Of a stretch of 64,000 nucleotides of DNA, positions 56,350 to 64,000 are shown one piece after another. The DNA is from the human T2T-CHM13v2.0 reference genome, Homo sapiens. The stretch lies in NCBI RefSeq assembly GCF_009914755.1, contig NC_060928.1, one strand, 5' to 3'. Position 1 is the first letter of the stretch, and every line of letters starts with the position of its first letter. The position numbers were made by a program, and so were the translations under genes. The notes under the pieces are model-generated. The model saw nothing but the letters and a program-made list of their open reading frames with translations. It was not told where the DNA came from and did not search any database.

Positions 56350-56862
56350 TGGTAGTTTCCTGTGGCTGCTGTAACAAACGACTACACACTCAGTGGCTTA
56401 AAACAACACAGATCGCAATCTTGCAGTTTGGTAGCTCGGACATGTGATGTGGATCAGGATCTTGTGGTTCTGTAGCTCAAACACATGATGTGGGTCTCAC
56501 TGGGCTGAAATCAAGGTGTTCTCAGGGCTGCATGTCATTCTGGAGTCTTGAGAAAAAAATCCATTTCCTGGTCTTCTCCTGCTCCTCCGGGGCTGCCTGC
56601 ATTCCCCGGCTTGGGGCCCCTTCTTCCATTGTCAAAGCCAGCAATGCAGGTCAGTCCTTCTCACATCACATCTCTCTGGCTTCTTCTGCCTCCTTCTTCT
56701 ACTTACAAGGACCGTCCTGATTATGCTAGGCTGCCCAGATAATCTCCCTATATTTGGGTTAGCTTATAGCAACTCTACTTCCCCTTATGAAACATAACAT
56801 TTTCATAGGTTCCAGGTCTGGCCCATGGACACAAATGGGGGACCTTACTCTGCCTAACACAA
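56350..56862 (-). mobile_element. MaLR solo LTR, MLT1D-like, with a degenerate 41-bp internal duplication (~56418-56499)
   Basis: tagtttcctgtggctgctgtaacaaa...gtggcttaaaacaaca...ggtctcactgggctgaaatcaaggtgt...ctgcctaacaca. Confidence 0.82.
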
Positions 56863-57095
56863 TGATACCTCTTGCTACCATGTATTCCTTGCTCTAGTCA
56901 AACTAGAAAACCTGCTGCTGTTGCTCAGAGCATCATTCATATTTACACTTCCCTTGTGCTCACATTGCTCTCTATGTCTGAATTATACCTTCCTCCCATT
57001 CTCTATATATTCTCAAATGTCATTTTCTCCAAAGCCTTTTCTAAGTGGCCCAGGCAGCAATGCTCCTACCTCTACCATCCCATGCTACTTGTTTA

Positions 57096-57358
57096 TATAG
57101 TTATCCCCATTATCCTTGGGGAATAGGTCCCAAGACCCCTCGTGCATTCCTAAAACTGCAGATAGTATCAAACCTATACATACTATATCTTCTTGTATAC
57201 ATACATACCTAGGATAAGGTTTAACAATAAAATAATAAATAGAACAATTATAACAATATAATGTAATAAAAGTTATGCACATGTGATCTCACTCTCGGCT
57301 GCCTGCCAATAACTGAAAGGCCAGCAAGTGAAACTGCCGAAGAGGGGAGCTGCTATAC
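57096..57358. mobile_element. MER2-like Tigger MITE
   Basis: tatccttgggg...caagacccc...tatacatacatacctaggataa...aatagaacaattataacaata...taataaaagttatg. Confidence 0.75.
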
Positions 57359-57506
57359 CACCCACTCCAGGCTGACGGCACTGTGTGCTAGGCTGCCATT
57401 CCCATCCCACGTCAATTCCCGGAACTTGCCTTCACTTAATCATTTTTGCATCTTCTCTAATGGCCACCAAAAATTGTGCACATACAAGGAGCTCGAAAAT
57501 ACGTGT

Positions 57507-57620
57507 GGCCAGGCACATCCCTGCAGTCCCAGCTACTGAAAAGGTTGAGGCAGGGCGGTGGCTTGAGCCCAGGAGCTCGAGTTCAGCCTGGGCAACACAG
57601 TGAGACACTCGTCTCTAAAA
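57507..57620 (+). mobile_element. Alu monomer (FLAM/FAM-like)
   Basis: ggccaggc...cagtcccagctact...gcttgagcccaggag...cagcctgggcaacacagtgagac. Confidence 0.8.
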
Positions 57621-58849
57621 TTTTTTTAAACGTGCTATATGGAATGGATTTTTAAATGTATGATGTCTCTGGGAGGGAATTATGATCTTCATTTAAATAG
57701 TTAAGCTCCTTCTGGTGAATTCTATTTATGGTTCAGAAGTTCTATGTATTGGACAGTTCCATAAATTGCTGCCACTAGGGGATGGGTGGAAAGGAAGCAA
57801 AGCTGAAGGCAAGGTTTTCGGTCATGAAGGACCTGCCTATTGTGTGTCTCCAGTATTTCCTTGCAGAGGCTGAAAGACGAGCCTCCACGTAACCCTGAAG
57901 CACTCAGAGTCTCTTCAGCATTACCCCTGGGTTTGCATTCTATGTGAAAACCTATGAAGTTAATTTTCTTTTTTTTTTTTTAATTTTTTCTTTTCATTGC
58001 ACAAGAATAAGAAGTTACTTTTCTCATTTGGGAGAACATTCCATTTTTTTGTCTTAACACCAGACTGGTATGTTTTGGGTTTCCAAGAGAGATTTTTGAA
58101 ATTATTCTACCATTATGATTGATATATATTTTTAAAATGAAGATATAATAAACAGGCACTTATGATAACAGTTGTTAGTATCTTTTAGTAATTTTTTAAA
58201 AACATAAGTTCCCAAAGAACAGGCCATTTTTCTTCTTCTCAAAAATATGAAACATTAAACAAGGATTATTTCTACTCGTTGGAGTATTTAAATACAGCTA
58301 TTCAGGTAAACATTCATAATCCCTCGTCACACAGATGAGAATGATTCTCAGAAGGCTTGAAGGCCTTTCCCTTAGTCTCAGAACAGGTGGGCTGATATCC
58401 AATCTCAGGTCTTTCTAGCTTACAAGCACCTGCTATTTTAGGTATGATGATCCTGTGTCCTAACATCATACATAGAAAAGACTCTGCATTTGCTTTCAAA
58501 ATTAATTATTCTGAATATTACTGAAAATTCTTATGTGATGAAGTACAAAATGTATAATATTTGGAATATGGAGTTATGTAGATCTGAGTAAGTTGCTCAA
58601 CCTTTTTGAATTTCAGTCTGTTACGAAAAATTAGAAATTAGAACCCTACCTCTCCATTGGGTAAAGATTAAAAAACATAAATCAGTTAATTTATTTCATT
58701 ATGTTTTATTTCCTACTGAATAGTTTGAAGACATCAGAGACTCTGGTGCCATAAAATCCCCTGCTCAGAAGCAGCATCCCCCACATATTACGAATGAGAA
58801 CACCAGATGTCCTTCAGTATACAAACATCTGTGGGCTGTCACATCCTCA

Positions 58850-59510
58850 CGGGCAAATCACTGTATCACGTGAACACATAACGGACTGACGGGATCCCTG
58901 AAGCGAATTGTTTATAACGAAGAAAGAGAAGAGAGTGATTGGGAGCCTGGAGCCCTGGTGCTTGGAGGAAGCGGATTTTCCTGGGACTGGCACCTGAGTG
59001 TCTTGTATCGGTCACGGAGGAGTCAGGACAGAGGGGTCATGGAAGAGGCTGGCGGGGCCGGGAAGGTGCTCTGCCCCCGTCTCGGGGTCCAGGGCCGTCC
59101 ACTCCGCCCGTGGCTGCCGCCCGTGGCTGGCTCTCTGCGGAGCAGCCAGCGCCCGGTGGAACAGGGCTTTCTGGAAGGTGGCTGCTCTCTGACCATGTCC
59201 TCGGTGCCAGCCGGGTCAGGGGCTGCTGTCCACACTTCCCACTTAAGCCAGTATTTAAGACAGAGGGAGAAGGGAGGAGAAATGAGGGACAGAGGGGAGA
59301 GGTTTACATGGGGCAGTTGCTCCCGAGGAAAAAGAAAAGGGGTCCCCAGGCTGTCTCCCATGGCGTCCTTCCTGGTGCCCACCCTCTATGCCCTACCTGC
59401 AACCCCACGTGCGCATGAGAGGACGGACGTCTCTTCCAGCCTGAAGGGAAAGTGCAGACTTTCCGCATCTGCCTTGCAGCCGTATGTTGTAGAAAATGCC
59501 AGCAGGTAAT
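58850..59510. promoter_or_regulatory. GC/CpG-rich non-repeat patch (candidate regulatory element)
   Basis: Dense CpG at 59050-59160 with GC-box-like ctccgccc and ggcgggg, CACGTG at 58867; sharp contrast with AT-rich flanks. Confidence 0.35.
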
Positions 59511-60311
59511 TTGCTAAAAGTTGCCTGAGGAGTTCTCCATGGCCCAGTGGTTTCTATCTGCGAGCTGTGCTCCTCTTGCAGACGGACTGTCTTTCAGTAA
59601 TTTGCAGCTATGTCATTTTTTTAACTTGTAATATATTGTATCATAGAAAAAAAGTCAGGCTCTGACTATCACTTTAAAAGCCTATTTCATCCACGACGTG
59701 GCAAAAATTCCCCTTTTTTTCATTTATTTTCTTTTTCAGTCATTTCAAAAAATAAATTATATAACATTTAAAATATTTTAATGTTTCCCATTTTGTTTGT
59801 CATGCAATCAGTTGCTAACAAAGTTATGAATAACATGATGCTCTTCGGTATATGAATGTATTCTTCAGTAAACACTGTTGAGCCCTACTCTGTGCCAGGC
59901 ATCGTTCCCTGCTATTTCGGAGCTCACTTGAAAGGCACTATTGAGAGTCCTTGCCTCGCCCCCAACTTCCCCCACCACACACAGATTAGAGTGAACAGGC
60001 TTTACATTTTTTTTTTATAATAAACAATCTATGAACAAACATATGAACCTTGGTATCTCAATAGCAAATTATATTGCTGCTTCTATGTAAAAATATAGCT
60101 TTTCCCATGAAAACAAACAGAGGAATGTGCAAGAAATCTGACAGGAACTTCTTCTGGCTATTTTACCCTTGTTACTGTAGAAACTCCTTATGCTACGCTA
60201 TTTTTATTGTGGTTATTTTGGCTGAAGTGTCCTCAGGAAACAACTCAGATTCAATGTGATCAGAACATTTGCTTTCTCCTGTTGCTAGAGCCATAGTGGT
60301 TTCACCTGGCA

Positions 60312-60594
60312 TTTTTCTTTTTTAAGAGATGGGGTCGCCTAGGCTGGAGTGGAGTCACACCATCTTGGCTCACTGCAGCCTCAACCTCCCAGCCTCAAGC
60401 AATCCTCCCGCCTCAGCCTCCCGAGTAGCTGGGACTTACAGGCACACATCACCATACCCGGCTAACTTTTAAAAAATTGTTTGTAGAGATGGGGATCTCA
60501 CTATGTTGCCCAGGCTGGTCTTGAACTTCTGGACTCTAGCCTCCCCACCCTCCCAAAGTGCTGGGATTACAGGCATGAGCCACGGCCCCTGGCC
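60312..60594 (-). mobile_element. AluJ
   Basis: ctcactgcagcctcaacctcc...ctcaagcaatcctcccgcctcagcc...tcactatgttgcccaggctgg (J-type diagnostics). Confidence 0.9.
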
Positions 60595-62659
60595 AACTTC
60601 CCATTTACAGAGAAGGAAGGTAGGGCCCGTGAAATGAAGTGAATTGCTCAGCATGGTGCAGCGGTCATGGACAGATGAGGCTGCAGTCCAGCCCTGCTGA
60701 ACTTTCCCGTGCACTGCAGTGTCTGTGACCTTCCACTTGCCACTCTGCAGTGCTCGTGGGGCTTCCAGGCCAATAGCTCTTTTGCTGGGAAAACAGCCGG
60801 TTGCATATGCTGAAACTATTGCAAGGACAATTTGGTAAAATCTTGAAGACCTTAACCAAAATAGTACTAGTAAATGAGGCTCAAACTCTCCCCATCCATC
60901 AAATTGGAAGCTTTTTCATTAAGGCTACTACTGAACTTTCTTTATTCAGGAAACCTAATCAGCAATAAAAACCCGACTGATCAGTGCAATATGAATTTTA
61001 CTGCTGTGTGGAGACACGGTTTTATTTTGCCGTCAGGAAAAGTGAGATCTGACTGGGGAATGAGTGACTCTATAATCCTTCCTGCATCATTCCTGCTGGT
61101 CATGAAGGCGCCAATCCAAAGACTGCGTCCTCTTAGATGGGATCTGATTTTTAAACATTTCCTGGATGTCTTATTTTCCTTAGATCCTAGATCTGACATA
61201 ACCCTAATGCATCTTGCATATTTTTTGGCTCCCTAATAGTTTCTGAGAAATTCCATTCCATTTTTATTTTTTTTGGCTGAAGTTGTGGAAAGACAAAAAG
61301 AGGGGGAGGGGAGACAGACGGACATTTAGAAAGTGTATTTTAAATTGCAAATTCAGATTGCTAGGCTGCGTTTGTACATGGAGAAGGAAGGGAGGAATGA
61401 ATCAATAATTCAATGTTAAAACTGGAATCCTGCTTCAATTATGTGACTATTTTAACCAGAGTTATTTCAATCTGACCATCGATAATGATTCCATCTCCTC
61501 CTAGTCCTGAGCCTAGAAGTTAGCTGGGCCTTCACCTGTTCAAAGGGCAGGGTCCTCAGCGTGTTCCCTTCCTCTGGGGCCCTAGATCCTCAGATGGCTT
61601 CCTTTGCACTTGATCCAAGTCCACTCACTCTCACACCAGTGGGTCAGAAAATTAGGCTCATTTCTTTTGGAAGCAGTTGTTTCCCACGGCGTAGACATAT
61701 GCTATGAATTTCACAGTTCGTTTTCTATCAAGATATTTCTAAACAGCTCTTCTTTTATTCATATGCTTGTCTACTGGGGAAATCACATGGTCACACCATA
61801 TTGGTGGAAATTGTTGCTGAGGGGAATAAAACTTGATTTCAAATTTTGAAAGATAAATTGGACTATCTAATTAGCCTTGGTCAATGCAAAATCTTTGACT
61901 AGGAAAGTAACATTTTCTTCTGATCTGGAGCAGAGAAACAGGTTTTTAAATCAGTGGGAACAAGAGAGGGGAAAGACTTCCAAGTGTGTCCAGAGAAGAA
62001 GCAGATTTGTTTTACACAATCAGTCTGCAGGGAGAACCTCTGAGAACAGACATGATCATCTCCAGAGACTTTTAAGTTACTCACAGCCAAGTGGAACATA
62101 AGGGCTTCTTATTCAGGAAAGGCACTTAACCATCTTCTAATATAATAAACAGACAGGGACATTTTAGCGTTTTACCAAAGAGAAGTAAGTAAACGTAACC
62201 GTACCTAACTCTGTAATCTGAGCTGATCTGATGTGTACCATGTGACTGTAACATTGGAAGCTGCAAGGGGACCCTTGCAAAATGCGGGTAATGAGAGTCA
62301 CCTCTGAATGAATGAGCAAGTCTGGGGAAGCAAACCCAAGCACTGAAACGTTTAGTGAATGGAAAGGGCCTATGCATGCCCTTCACAAAGTTAGAATTGT
62401 GGACTAAAATTAGAGTTGAATAGAGTAAACCTAAGCTTTGGAAGATTTTTGATATTGTGACTTTTTTTGTGTGTGCTACAAAAGCAGCAGTAAGAGCAAT
62501 AAAAAAACCATTTCCCTTCTCTGTAGAATCACACCATATTAAGAACATATAAAAACTATGCTATCAAATTAAAGTGTAAAACTAAGCAACTGGGATTTAG
62601 AAATATCATCCAGGAGTTTGAATTTTTAACTAGAAATTAGCTCTAAAGAAGTAAACTGT

Positions 62660-62850
62660 AAATGAGACAACTGGTATTGAAAAGTCTTTTCAGGGAGTCA
62701 GAAGAATTTAACCCTAGTTCCATCTCTATTAAATAGTTTGTTTTGTGATTTTTGTCACTCCACTTAATCTTTTTAGGTCCAGGTTTCCTTATCTACAAAA
62801 TGAGGGCATTAGACCCCGTGCCTTCCAGCTTCAGTATTTCTCTGATTTTG
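62660..62850 (+). mobile_element. MIR (MIR3/MIRc-like)
   Basis: gggagtcagaaga...cacttaatct...gtttccttatctacaaaatgaggg...ccttccagct. Confidence 0.6.
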
Positions 62851-64000
62851 GAAATTTTAGATCAGGCAGATATTGGTTCAAATTTAGAGAATCTGACATA
62901 AAAACTTTTGTAGGAGAATAGGGTAGGAAGATTGGCCTAAATTATTCAGAAATCTGCCTTACTATTATACATCATTTTAAACCCATGAAGAGTAAGAAAT
63001 TGTTATGAATTATTTAACAAAACAAATTTGTATTTAAAATAATTTTGCTGAGTACTGGTGTAAACAGGCTATCTGCTAAATAGGGGATAATGACAAATAC
63101 TCTGCATTTTTACAGATATTGAAAGGTGGAAATGTTCTCTCCAACACACTAAAGAGTAATCAAAGGAACTGATCCTAAAACTATGTGTTGTACAAGCAAA
63201 GGTAAGGGGTCAGCGCTGTCGTTTCTGCAGTGTCTCAGTCTCATCACAGAAGTGAGGATTTATGGTGAAAAGGAGTTTAAAGTTTCCATTGTAAAGAATG
63301 TTCCTTCAAAGATAATTGAAACGAAATTTTACAAGTGAAAAGGAGGAAATAAAAGCAGAAATGTGATTCTTGAAAGTATAGTTGAAATGTCCCAGTTATT
63401 AACCTCTCTGATACTCACTGTTAGTGATTCATGTCATCTCTCAACCGCCACTTTAATAATTGCTTTATTAGTGCACACTGGAAAGATTCATATTAAGTGA
63501 TTTTTCCACAAGGGCTTCTCTTTCTCCTCTTTAGTGAACTGGACTGTAAATATGTGAATATGGTAGCTGTTTTGCTAGCCTTTTGTTTTTTTCTGAAACT
63601 CAGCGAATAAAGTTGAACTTTGGACATTTCCTTATGTATTTTTCTTCAGCATATGAAAAACTTCCTGGCACAGTTTTCTGTCCGGGGACAATACATTTTC
63701 TCCACTCCTGATGGTTTTTTCCAGGTGAAGGGAGATCCACGGCTGTCGTAATCTTTGACTTTCTCCACTCCTGGTGGAATAACTTAGCTGATTGATTATA
63801 AGTTTGGAGAAATCTAGACGTTTCCTCTTCATTGTCTCTTAATAGTTAAGTTTGGACATAGAGGGCATATATTTATCTCTGTTCCTTCAAGTTTTACAGG
63901 GGCTGCCTGTGCTTGAATGAGTAAGTCTGTTTAAAACTGGGATTCAATTTTAGGAGGCCCACTTTCCTCCAGATTTAAGCCAATATCCTTCAACCTAAAT

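Noticed and set aside
57768-57786. CTCF-like gccactaggggatgg
   Set aside because: Mismatches in the critical GGC part of the core; insufficient without ChIP data.

Overview
Primate (human-like) nuclear DNA, intronic or intergenic and dominated by interspersed repeats: Alu/FLAM, L1PA/L1M, L2, MIR, MaLR LTRs (MLT1, MST, THE1), MLT2, MER57 and hAT/Tigger DNA-transposon fossils. I recognise no host protein-coding exon, RNA gene or CRISPR array. The only ORF with real protein homology is a dead L1 ORF2 C-terminus (13635-14240). The signals worth follow-up are mechanistic. (i) A ~105-bp insertion of antisense Tigger1 sequence with an A-rich tail and a perfect 17-bp TSD, i.e. a DNA-transposon fragment apparently mobilised by L1 TPRT. 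(ii) A local inverted duplication of a Tigger2a plus its flank, with a templated junction. (iii) Several old repeats with strongly A/T->G/C-skewed divergence, a possible footprint of GC-biased gene conversion at fossil recombination hotspots. (iv) A twin-primed L1 and a fold-back Alu tail. (v) A few CpG-rich patches with candidate promoter or first-exon signals. Repeat names and consensus comparisons are from memory, counts are by hand, and boundaries of old elements are approximate.
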